Below, piece after piece: positions 56,228 to 64,000 of a stretch of DNA of 64,000 nucleotides (positions within the stretch are counted from its first letter, which is position 1; the number at the start of each line of letters is the position of its first letter). The DNA comes from Hyphomicrobiales bacterium. Its GTDB lineage: Bacteria; Pseudomonadota; Alphaproteobacteria; Reyranellales; Reyranellaceae. Location: positions 4,677 to 68,676 of the forward strand of contig JBEPUH010000024.1 in the NCBI GenBank assembly GCA_041691635.1, read 5' to 3'. The notes beneath the pieces are model-generated. The model was not told where the DNA came from, did no database searches, and worked only from the letters and a program-made list of their open reading frames with translations. Made by a program: the position numbers and the translations under genes.

Positions 56228-58378
56228 CTATTTGTCGCCCAGCATATTGACCGGCTCCCAGTCAGGCGCCGGCGACTTGGCGGCGAGCTTCATCGCCCGC
56301 GTGAGAAAAGTTGCCGCCACCGGATCGCTAGACGCCTTCTCGCGGAAGCGCGCGACGGCGCCCTCGAAGTCGGCGGCACGCCAGCGTTCGAGGCCGGCTG
56401 CATAGGCCTCGGCCAGGGCACGCTGCTCAGGTGACGGCTCGCCTTCCGTCAGAGCTTCATAGATCCGGACCGGCTGAGCCCTTCCCTTGACCCTGATCCA
56501 GTCCAGTTCGCGCCACGTGAAGCCGGGCCCGGCCAGATCGACGGTCGCCTGCGAAGCCATGATTGAGGTACCAAAATATTTGTTCGCGCCCTCCAGTCGC
56601 GACGCGAGGTTTACCGCATCGCCCATCACAGTGTAGTTGAAGCGCCGCCGGGAGCCGATGTTGCCCACGAGGACCTCGCCCGAATTGAGTCCTATGCGCT
56701 GCCCAACGGGGCGCGACCTGAAGGGCTCGATCGTGCCGTTGATCTCCTCGAGCTTGCGACGGCAGCGCAAGGCGGCGCGCGTCGCGGCAGCGGCGTGGGC
56801 CGGATCGTCGGCCGGCGCTCCAAAGACTGCGACGATGGCGTCGCCGATGTACTTGTCAACGAATCCACCTTCGCTTTCAATGATGTCGGTCATCGCCGAT
56901 AGATACGTGTTCATCATCGCTACGATCTCAACTGGCTTCATGTGCTCCGAGAAGGATGAGAAGCCGGCGACGTCGGAGAAGTAGATGGTGACGATGCGCG
57001 CCTCGCCACCCAGCTCTGGTAGCTGGCTCGACGACAGCATGCGGTCGATGACAGCGGGGGCGAGATAGAGGCCGAAGCTCTGGCGCAGCAACCTCTTGTC
57101 CTTGTCGGCCACCATGAAGCGATAGCCCACGGTGATGGACAGAATCGCGAGCGAAGCGACGATCGGCTGTATGAGGGGCAGGGCAAGGCCACTGCGGAAC
57201 GTCGCGACCGTGACGGCCGTCCACGCCAGCGCGCCCCCCAGCCAGGCAATCGTGGCGCGTGCGGGTGTGAGCGATAGCGCCGCCACGGCTGCAATCGCCG
57301 ACAGAAGGAAAGCAATGGCGCCGATGGCCGGACGGCCGAGTTCGGCGGCGGCCTCGCGACGCATCAGGTTGCTGACCGCGGTCGCATGCGCATAGACGCC
57401 GGAAATGGTTTCGCGAACGGCCGTTCCGGTCTCTCGCGGTGGCAGAGTGCAGCGCGGGGCCCGGGCCGCCTCCGCGCCCGTGGCGAATCGCTTCGATGTC
57501 ACCTTGCGATCCTCGACCTCGAGCAGGGTGCCCAGGATCACTACCTTGCCGGCGAACTGCCGCTTGAAGAATTCCTTGTCGCCTTTCTCGGCGCACGCAC
57601 GCAGGTCGGCCAGCGAATAGGTAGGAACGTTGTCGGTGCCGCCGGCAAAGTTCAGCGTGAGCGTATTGGCGATCGGTGACGGCACGCCATAGCCCGCCAG
57701 GGTGAGGTCGCCCGCATCGCTCCATTCCGGCGTTGCGCGTTGGGCGCGCGCCGCCAACTCCACCGCCATCGACGGCTGACGCGCGCCATCGACCGTGAAG
57801 GAAAGCGGCATGCGTCGCAGCACGTCGTCGCTGTCGCTGAAGGCGTTCAGGGCGCGGATATTGCGTTGCTGGCCGACCGCGATGCGCTGGCCCGGCGATG
57901 GCTGGATCGGCTGGTTGGAATGCTGGACCTGTCCCAGAACCAGCTTGCCGTTGCGCGCCGCTCCGGCCAGCGCGCGCAGATAGTCGCGATCGAAGCCGCG
58001 CACGCGCGCGCCCAGCGTCTCGTCGCCGAACGGCATCTGCGACTGCTCGATCGAGACGGGAAAGACGATGTCGAGGCCGACGACCGCGGCCCCGCCCTCG
58101 ACGATTTCGGTGAGCACGCGGCCGATCTCCCGTGTCCAGGTGACGTTGGGCGTGCCCTCGAAGGGCGGGGTGCGATAGGTCTCCTCGTCGAGCGCCACGA
58201 CGACGACCGGTGATTCTGCCGGTAAATGAGCGTTCCCGATGATTCGCCAGCGCAGGCCGGTAAGAGCATCGAGTGAAAAGCCGCGCAATCCGTCGAAGGG
58301 CGGTGTTGCGACGATGACGCCGGCGAGCACGGCCAGGATCAGCGCCACGAGAACGTGGCGGCGCGACAGCATCGTCAT
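56228..58378 (-). CDS. CHASE2 sensor domain-containing class III adenylate/guanylate cyclase
   Basis: N-terminal TM, then a periplasmic CHASE2-like region (VVVALDEETY...GLDIVFP...LVLG). TM cluster follows. Cyclase domain motifs: IVTIYFSDVAGFSSF, FVDKYIGDAIVAVFG and NYTVMGDAVNLASRLEG. Confidence 0.88.
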   Translation of the reverse strand: MTMLSRRHVLVALILAVLAGVIVATPPFDGLRGFSLDALTGLRWRIIGNAHLPAESPVVVVALDEETYRTPPFEGTPNVTWTREIGRVLTEIVEGGAAVVGLDIVFPVSIEQSQMPFGDETLGARVRGFDRDYLRALAGAARNGKLVLGQVQHSNQPIQPSPGQRIAVGQQRNIRALNAFSDSDDVLRRMPLSFTVDGARQPSMAVELAARAQRATPEWSDAGDLTLAGYGVPSPIANTLTLNFAGGTDNVPTYSLADLRACAEKGDKEFFKRQFAGKVVILGTLLEVEDRKVTSKRFATGAEAARAPRCTLPPRETGTAVRETISGVYAHATAVSNLMRREAAAELGRPAIGAIAFLLSAIAAVAALSLTPARATIAWLGGALAWTAVTVATFRSGLALPLIQPIVASLAILSITVGYRFMVADKDKRLLRQSFGLYLAPAVIDRMLSSSQLPELGGEARIVTIYFSDVAGFSSFSEHMKPVEIVAMMNTYLSAMTDIIESEGGFVDKYIGDAIVAVFGAPADDPAHAAAATRAALRCRRKLEEINGTIEPFRSRPVGQRIGLNSGEVLVGNIGSRRRFNYTVMGDAVNLASRLEGANKYFGTSIMASQATVDLAGPGFTWRELDWIRVKGRAQPVRIYEALTEGEPSPEQRALAEAYAAGLERWRAADFEGAVARFREKASSDPVAATFLTRAMKLAAKSPAPDWEPVNMLGDK

Positions 58379-58414
58379 GAAGCGGGTGTCACGCTGCGCC
58401 TTGGGAAAAGCCGT

Positions 58415-59092
58415 TCAGCTCGTAGGCTGAAAGCGCAACAGACGGCCGGCCACCGGCTCGGCCCCGTCTTTTGCGGCCGCGTCGACTTCGAAGACGATCT
58501 GTTGGTTGCCCACCTTGGCGCGATAGACCACGCCGGGCTTCAGGCTCTTGTTGGCCTTGGCAAGATCGTAGAAAGCACCGTTCACGAGCTGTGCCGGTGC
58601 GAGGACGAATTCCATCCGATCGCCTTTTACGTCAGCCCGCTCGATGATGATCGTGCCGCCGCCCCTAAGCTCGATGACCGGCGAGCGTCCGTAGATCTTG
58701 AACTGCGGCTTGGGCGTCGTGTCGGGGCCGGGTGCCTTGCGGAAGACCATGGCGGCACTCTGCCTGGATTGGGCTGCCGCGAGCTCCATCCTGCCGCCGT
58801 CACAGCCCACCTTTGCGCGATCGACAGCCCCGCCCTGCACGTCGCTCTGTTCGGCGCCCACCGTCACCGTTCCGCCGCGAATGGTCTCGCGCCAGCACGA
58901 CTTGATGTAGCCCAGCACGATCGAGTCGCCAGGGGCGAGCTGGATGATCTTGCCTTGAGAAACGTAGTCCATGAACTCGACGCCGGCCGGTTTGCCGGCA
59001 ACGTCCTCGACGACGGCCACGGGAGCGTCAGCCCAGGCGGGCACCATCGCAAAAGTGCAGGCCGTGACGGCGATCAGCTTCATGGTTCTCAT
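58415..59092 (-). CDS. secreted hypothetical protein (possibly FecR-like beta-sandwich)
   Basis: Signal peptide MRTMKLIAVTACTFAMVPAWADA. The body VVEDVAGKPAGVEFMDYVSQGKIIQLAPGDSIVLGYIKSCWRETIRGGTVTVG is reminiscent of FecR-type sensor partners, but that family call is weak. RBS GGAGGAAAAG. Confidence 0.6.
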   Translation of the reverse strand: MRTMKLIAVTACTFAMVPAWADAPVAVVEDVAGKPAGVEFMDYVSQGKIIQLAPGDSIVLGYIKSCWRETIRGGTVTVGAEQSDVQGGAVDRAKVGCDGGRMELAAAQSRQSAAMVFRKAPGPDTTPKPQFKIYGRSPVIELRGGGTIIIERADVKGDRMEFVLAPAQLVNGAFYDLAKANKSLKPGVVYRAKVGNQQIVFEVDAAAKDGAEPVAGRLLRFQPTS

Positions 59093-59115
59093 CTTTTCCT
59101 CCAACTCTTCACCGC

Positions 59116-59727
59116 CTATTTCGCTTTCGCGACCAGGCCCTCGACCAGTGGCATCGTTCGCGCCACGACGATGTCGTAGCCCGCGCTGTTCAGGTGATAC
59201 AGGTTTTGCGCTCGCTTGCTCGCCTCGACATGCAGGTTGGGATCGTCCTGGATTCCATCCTGCATGGCAGGTGTTACCACGACGCCCATCGCCTCGAGCT
59301 CCGCCCGCCGAGCCGGATTGCCCGCTCCAGTATACGCTCCAAAGTAGAGTACCGCGATCTTGCGGGCTCGTAGGCGCTTGACGATCGAGTTGATATTTTC
59401 GGTGATCTTGGCTTGGGAGACGCCTTCGAAAGTGTCGTTGACGCCGACGCTCAGGAGCACGATCTGGGTTCCCTGAGGCACGTCCGAATCCATTCGGCCG
59501 AGAACGTCTTTCGTCGTGTTGCCGTTGATGCCAGCGTTCTTGACGGTGACGTTGTGGCCTTTTGCCTTGAGCGCCCGCTCGAGTCTGGCGGGGTAGGCAT
59601 CGGGTTCCAGGAGGCCCTTGCCTCTGATGTTGCTGTCGCCCAGCGCCACGATCCTGGTCTGGGCATGCACCGTCGATCCGACAAGGAACAGGCAAGTGGC
59701 CGTCAGGAAGACATTGAACAGTTTCAT
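59116..59727 (-). CDS. secreted SGNH/GDSL hydrolase (arylesterase-like)
   Basis: Signal peptide, then block I IVALGDSNIRG (Ser nucleophile), block III GINGNTT and block V-like region. 203 aa. Confidence 0.8.
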   Translation of the reverse strand: MKLFNVFLTATCLFLVGSTVHAQTRIVALGDSNIRGKGLLEPDAYPARLERALKAKGHNVTVKNAGINGNTTKDVLGRMDSDVPQGTQIVLLSVGVNDTFEGVSQAKITENINSIVKRLRARKIAVLYFGAYTGAGNPARRAELEAMGVVVTPAMQDGIQDDPNLHVEASKRAQNLYHLNSAGYDIVVARTMPLVEGLVAKAK

Positions 59728-59753
59728 CGAGAAATATTCCCCGGAATCGTTGT

Positions 59754-62700
59754 TCAGCCGCCGTCACCGACGATGCTGTAGGGTGCCCAGAAAAGCGGAT
59801 GGGCGTAGGTGAACAAGGTTTTGCCCCCATCGACGTGCCCCGGACCGTCCATCACACCCATCATGGCGCGACGCAACGCTTCGGCCCGATCGAGTGCAGG
59901 ATCGGCAGCCTGGCGACGGAAGATGTCCGTCACCAGTTCGCGGGCGGAGGCCGAATGTACCGACCAGTTTGTCAGCAGGACGGCGCGCGTTCCGGCATAG
60001 AAGAAGGCGCGGCCCAATCCGGAAGCAGCCTCGGCGCCGGCCCCATCGCCCGCGCCGGTATTGCATGCCGACAGCACGACCCAGTCGGCATCGAGCTTCA
60101 GCGCCAGGATTTCGTCGAGCGTCAGCAGCCCATCGCCTGCCTGGCCCGTGACGTCCGGCGCGCTCAAGGCCAGGGCCGGCTGGCGCAGACCGTCGAGATC
60201 ACCCGGCACCAAGCCGTGCGTCGCAAACATGACGATCCGATAATTCGACAGATCGGCGCTTTTGACGCCGCTTTCCATGGCGTCACGGCCCAACTTGAGC
60301 ACGCGTACGGGATCGGCACGGAGTGCTTCGGCGACGGAGCGCAATTCGTCGGCGGTATCCGGCAGGCGCGGCAGGTCGCCGATGTGCGCCGTGCTGAGCT
60401 CCTGGGTGTGTGGCGCGTTGCGGCGGTCGAGTAACTGATCACTGCCGGCACCGGGAAGCATCGTGGCCCCTGCGGCCTGTGCAGAATTGAAGAGCGGATC
60501 GCCGAAGCCGATCAGAGGCTCACGCCGCGCCGAGCCGAGCGGCAGCCGGCGAAGGGTCCGGAGCGCGGCCGCCGAGGGCATCATGGTAATGGCGTGGGAA
60601 CGCGCGAGCCACGCGACGGCGCGGTAGTTCGCAAACGCGGCACCGGAATCGGGTCCGACCGTCATGGGCGCCGTCGGCAGCACGCCGAGCGGCAGCAGGC
60701 CCAGGCTGCCGTTGGTCGCCACGATCAGGTTGCGCGGCTGACGCCACACTGCCTCGACGGGCTTGAGGAGCAATGAATAGAGTTCGTAGGCCAGAGCGGT
60801 ATCGAAGGCTGGAATGTCGCTGATCGTCGCCGCGTTGGGCTCAAGCGACTCGCGCAGCTTGCGAATCCTGCTCTCGATCTCCTGCGGCGATGACGCGATC
60901 TCGGTGAATATCACAGGACCGATCTTGGGCACGGCCCAGACGAAGCTGCGCTCCTGACCGAAATAGAACGACACGAAGGCTTCGCCTCCGCGCAAGGCAG
61001 CCTGGGTTTGCGCCACGCTGGCGGGCTTGGGATCGATCAGTTCGGCATAGTCCGGAAAGCGCACGCCGATCTGGAGTGACGCCGCCTGGCGTTCGCGGCC
61101 AAGTCGGGCAATATCGTCACGCAAGGCTGCCACGGTTGCTTCGTCACGATCGGCTGCGGGCAGGCTTAGAACGGCATTGAGCGTCGCGAGGCTACCGCCC
61201 AGGCGCTTTCGCAAATCCTGCTCGTGGCGCGTGATCTCTGCGAGAGCCGGATCTCGTGCAGCAACGCGCGAACTGGCGGACGCGATGGCGGTGCCAACCG
61301 ATCTTCCACGCACGGCATCCGCCAGGGAATAACTCTCGGCGGCGTTCGCGGCCGAAGCCGGCTCTCGTGCGAGAACGGCGATGTAGGCCTCGATGACATC
61401 GCGGACTTGCCGGTCACGCGCGCCGATCGTGCCGCCATCGGTATCCTCGTTCTGGTGCGACTGCGCGGCGAGCACCGGGACGGCGGCACGAAATTCGGCA
61501 AGCGCCGCCGGCGTCCGGCCTGCACGGGCCAACCCATCGGCCAGTATGCCGCGCGCAATAGCGTGATCGATATGGCCTTCGCCAACGCGCTGATGTTGAT
61601 AGGCGACAAGCGCGATCGCCCGTTCAAGGCCAGCCTTGAGGCGGCCAGTCCGGTAGAGGACGGTGACGCTGGCAGGCGTCAGCGCCAGGGAATCCCGCCG
61701 GGCGTCCGGCCAGATTGCCGTGGCCTTGTCGATGGCGGCATAGACATCGGCTGCTTCCGTCCAGCTTCCCTGCAAAGACAGGGCGTTGGCCAGGGTGTTG
61801 AGGGCGTACGCAAACGACTGAGCACTTTCGGAAAAATCGATGGATCGGAAGGTCTCGACCGCCGTGCGGGCGAGTTTCTCCGCTTCGGGATAGCGGCCTT
61901 GCTGGACCAGGATATTGGCGAGCTGACCGATGACGTTCACCGTCGCAGGGTGATACTTTCCGCCTTCGGTGAGCCGGCTCAGCAAGGCGCGACGGACGTC
62001 GGTTTCGGCTTCGACAGTGCGGCCCTGCAGGGCCTTCACGCGTCCCAATCGCACCACGGTGCCGTCGATCACGCGCTGGAAGCTGGCGCGCGGCGGAGCG
62101 CTGGGCCACTTGGCCGACTTCTCGAGCGAATCGCGACGAGCGGCTTCCGACTTCGCGTACGCGGCTTCGGCATCGGCATAGCGGCCTTGCCCCTCGGCAA
62201 AAAAGCCGCGGCCCAGTTCGAGATCGGCCTCGAAGCTGCTGTCGACCTGATCGGCCTTTGGGCCGTTTCGACTCTTTTCGAACAGGGCGCGGCTCTTCTC
62301 GACATAGGCCTCGGCCGACTTGAAATCGCCGAGAACGACAAGATTCCCCACCAGGCTCCGGTAGACGACGAACAGAACCCCCGCGGGGGAGCCCAGCCCT
62401 TGCGGACTCTTCTCGATGTCGAGAAGAATCTCCACCGAGCGCTTTGGGTCACCCAGGTAGTTGATGGCGTATTGCGAGACGACAAACTGCTGCTGACGGA
62501 AGACGTTCTTGGACAGCTTGCGGTTCAGCTCGATGCTCTTCTCGGCATCGGCGACGGCATCCTGGGCACGCCCCAACTCGGACATTGCGTCGGCCCGCCG
62601 GAAGTAGAACGCCGCCAGAGCGATATCGTCGAGGTCCGTCGCCGGAATGGCTGCCGCGGCCGCTTGAAGTCTGGCCGAGCGTGCAGCATCGGGTTTTTGT

Positions 62701-62837
62701 CCGTCGAGGATCGCAGTGATGTCGGAAATGGTTCTGGGTGGTGGTGCAGACGTCTGCGCACTGGCGCTGCCCAAGGCCCATAGAAATGCAGTCGCGCTGC
62801 CGACGGCAAGCCTTGAAAGTGCGTATCCCATCGTCAC
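59754..62837 (-). CDS. exported TPR-repeat CHAT domain (caspase-like) protein
   Basis: Signal peptide MTMGYALSRLAVGSATAFLWALGSASAQ. About 700 aa of TPR-like helical repeats follow. The C-terminal CHAT domain has catalytic-type His (IVMFATHGLV) and Cys (WVVLSACNTGAG). Confidence 0.85.
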   Translation of the reverse strand: MTMGYALSRLAVGSATAFLWALGSASAQTSAPPPRTISDITAILDGQKPDAARSARLQAAAAAIPATDLDDIALAAFYFRRADAMSELGRAQDAVADAEKSIELNRKLSKNVFRQQQFVVSQYAINYLGDPKRSVEILLDIEKSPQGLGSPAGVLFVVYRSLVGNLVVLGDFKSAEAYVEKSRALFEKSRNGPKADQVDSSFEADLELGRGFFAEGQGRYADAEAAYAKSEAARRDSLEKSAKWPSAPPRASFQRVIDGTVVRLGRVKALQGRTVEAETDVRRALLSRLTEGGKYHPATVNVIGQLANILVQQGRYPEAEKLARTAVETFRSIDFSESAQSFAYALNTLANALSLQGSWTEAADVYAAIDKATAIWPDARRDSLALTPASVTVLYRTGRLKAGLERAIALVAYQHQRVGEGHIDHAIARGILADGLARAGRTPAALAEFRAAVPVLAAQSHQNEDTDGGTIGARDRQVRDVIEAYIAVLAREPASAANAAESYSLADAVRGRSVGTAIASASSRVAARDPALAEITRHEQDLRKRLGGSLATLNAVLSLPAADRDEATVAALRDDIARLGRERQAASLQIGVRFPDYAELIDPKPASVAQTQAALRGGEAFVSFYFGQERSFVWAVPKIGPVIFTEIASSPQEIESRIRKLRESLEPNAATISDIPAFDTALAYELYSLLLKPVEAVWRQPRNLIVATNGSLGLLPLGVLPTAPMTVGPDSGAAFANYRAVAWLARSHAITMMPSAAALRTLRRLPLGSARREPLIGFGDPLFNSAQAAGATMLPGAGSDQLLDRRNAPHTQELSTAHIGDLPRLPDTADELRSVAEALRADPVRVLKLGRDAMESGVKSADLSNYRIVMFATHGLVPGDLDGLRQPALALSAPDVTGQAGDGLLTLDEILALKLDADWVVLSACNTGAGDGAGAEAASGLGRAFFYAGTRAVLLTNWSVHSASARELVTDIFRRQAADPALDRAEALRRAMMGVMDGPGHVDGGKTLFTYAHPLFWAPYSIVGDGG

Positions 62838-62848
62838 GGCTTGTCTTC

Positions 62849-63700
62849 CTACTGCGACGGCAGTGCCTTGATCCAGTCGACGATGCGCTGCGAGGCGGCG
62901 AAGTCGGTGTCGCGATGAGTCGCCTCGACCACAAGGTACTTGCTGTACGGATTCTTCGCAGCGGGTTTGTAGATCTTGCCTTCGGTCACTTTGTACGCCG
63001 GGTCATGGGTGCCATTGATGACCATGACCGGTATGCCGGCGGGCATCAGGGGAGCCTGCACCCACATGTTCGCCTTGCCGCGGGGACTCATCCACGAGAG
63101 GTAAACGCCGGCAGTCGTCGACAGTATGATGTTGTCGCCCTGGTTCTCATCGCCGCCCGTGAATGGTTGGTCGCCTTGGCCCGATTGTACCATTTGAGAG
63201 GCGCGGTCGACGGCGGCTTTGATCTTCGGGTTGTTGTTGTAGGAATAGCCGGGCGCGTGACCAGGGGCTGCCATGACGATGCCCGCCACGTTTTGGCGGG
63301 TCACTGCATAGGATAGCGCCACGTTGGCGCCGATGCTCTGGCCGACAAGCACGATCCGCTGCGCTCCTTGCGCTCGCAACTGCGCAGCATAGCCGTCGAT
63401 GATCCCGAAGACCTGGTCAGGTGTAACGGAGATTTTCTCCCAGGCCCCTTGGGACCACGGCATTGAAGGAACGACCACTTTCATGCCCGCGCTCCCGAGC
63501 TTGGAGGCGATGTCGCGCAATCCGGGCGACTTGCCTGGCGAGGCCTGTTTGCCGTGCATCAGGATGACTCCTGTCGTTCCCTGCGCCGTAGCCAGTTCCG
63601 GGCTCATCAGCCAAGCGACCAGTGATGCCGTCAGCGCGACCAACGCGCCGCGCCGGATCAGTTGTTTAAAGGCTCTCTTATCAGTCATTTTTTTTGACAC
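62849..63700 (-). CDS. secreted alpha/beta hydrolase
   Basis: Signal/TM RRGALVALTASLVAWLMSPELATAQG. ILMHG oxyanion region, GQSIGA nucleophile elbow and a late His (VVEATHRD). Confidence 0.75.
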   Translation of the reverse strand: MSKKMTDKRAFKQLIRRGALVALTASLVAWLMSPELATAQGTTGVILMHGKQASPGKSPGLRDIASKLGSAGMKVVVPSMPWSQGAWEKISVTPDQVFGIIDGYAAQLRAQGAQRIVLVGQSIGANVALSYAVTRQNVAGIVMAAPGHAPGYSYNNNPKIKAAVDRASQMVQSGQGDQPFTGGDENQGDNIILSTTAGVYLSWMSPRGKANMWVQAPLMPAGIPVMVINGTHDPAYKVTEGKIYKPAAKNPYSKYLVVEATHRDTDFAASQRIVDWIKALPSQ

Positions 63701-63775
63701 CCCTGCTGCAAATTAGCTGATGCACTGCCCGTGAGGCCAGCCTAGTTTTAAGCATGATACTAGGTGAGGCTTTCA

Positions 63776-64000
63776 ATGTTTGATGCCGTACGGCGTAAAT
63801 TGGCGGTCTTGTCCCTGGCGCTCGTGTGCATCAACACCGCGACCGAGCACGCAGCGTCTCAGACGGCGGGATTTGTGGCGCCCCCGCGCAGTATTGCCGA
63901 CATTACCGCCATCCTAGATCAGCAGAAGCCTGAAGAGGCCGTGATCGCCAGGCGCCAGCGCGTCGCCGACGGCGCTCCGCCCGCCGATGCAACGAAGGAA
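63776..64000 (+). CDS. N-terminus of a second exported TPR-CHAT-like paralogue (runs off window)
   Basis: MFDAVRRKLAVLSLALVCINTATEHAASQTAGFVAPPRSIADITAILDQQKPEE parallels ...SASAQTSAPPPRTISDITAILDGQKPDA at the N-terminus of the 1027-aa CHAT protein. It is divergently oriented. Confidence 0.6.
   Translation, partial: MFDAVRRKLAVLSLALVCINTATEHAASQTAGFVAPPRSIADITAILDQQKPEEAVIARRQRVADGAPPADATKE

Overview
This window is a dense, high-GC chromosomal segment, roughly two-thirds G+C in hand-counted stretches. The gene content looks alphaproteobacterial (Bradyrhizobium/Rhodopseudomonas-like): Bug/TctC binding proteins, crotonases, GSTs, LLM oxidoreductase, an otsB-GH15-otsA operon, feoAB and a liv-type ABC transporter. 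All family calls rest on motifs I recognise in the translated ORFs, because no searches could be run. I call about 60 CDS. Most long ORFs in the track that lie antisense to these are Arg/Ala/Gly-rich shadow ORFs typical of high-GC DNA and are not reported. I found no rRNA, intact tRNA, CRISPR array, transposase or intact integrase.

The observations most worth a second look are:
1. 56.2-64.0 kb: a five-gene co-directional operon in which every product is exported or periplasm-facing (alpha/beta hydrolase, TPR-CHAT caspase-like protease, SGNH esterase, secreted beta-rich protein, CHASE2 class III nucleotide cyclase). A divergent second TPR-CHAT paralogue starts at the window edge. This is my best candidate for an uncharacterised signalling or conflict system.
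2. 28.55-29.38 kb: an AT-richer single-gene insertion encoding a DUF3883-type PD-(D/E)xK nuclease-like protein. It sits 10 nt from each neighbouring gene, next to a doubly frameshifted flavoprotein gene.
3. 51.1-56.2 kb: a decayed mosaic island. It holds an sdhB tail fragment, two frameshifted genes, a serine-recombinase C-terminal remnant, a tRNA-Arg(CCU)-like pseudogene with an aberrant T-arm, a tRNA-like 3' end, and about 0.9 kb with no credible CDS.
4. 6.26-6.91 kb: a 617-bp spacing between imperfect 36-nt direct repeats that duplicate the 3' end of the D-aminoacylase gene. One orphan ORF fills the interval.
5. A family of nested GC-rich palindromic intergenic repeats sharing a GTAAGAC loop.

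Several frameshifts fall in or near short C/G runs, so sequencing error is a live alternative to true pseudogenisation.
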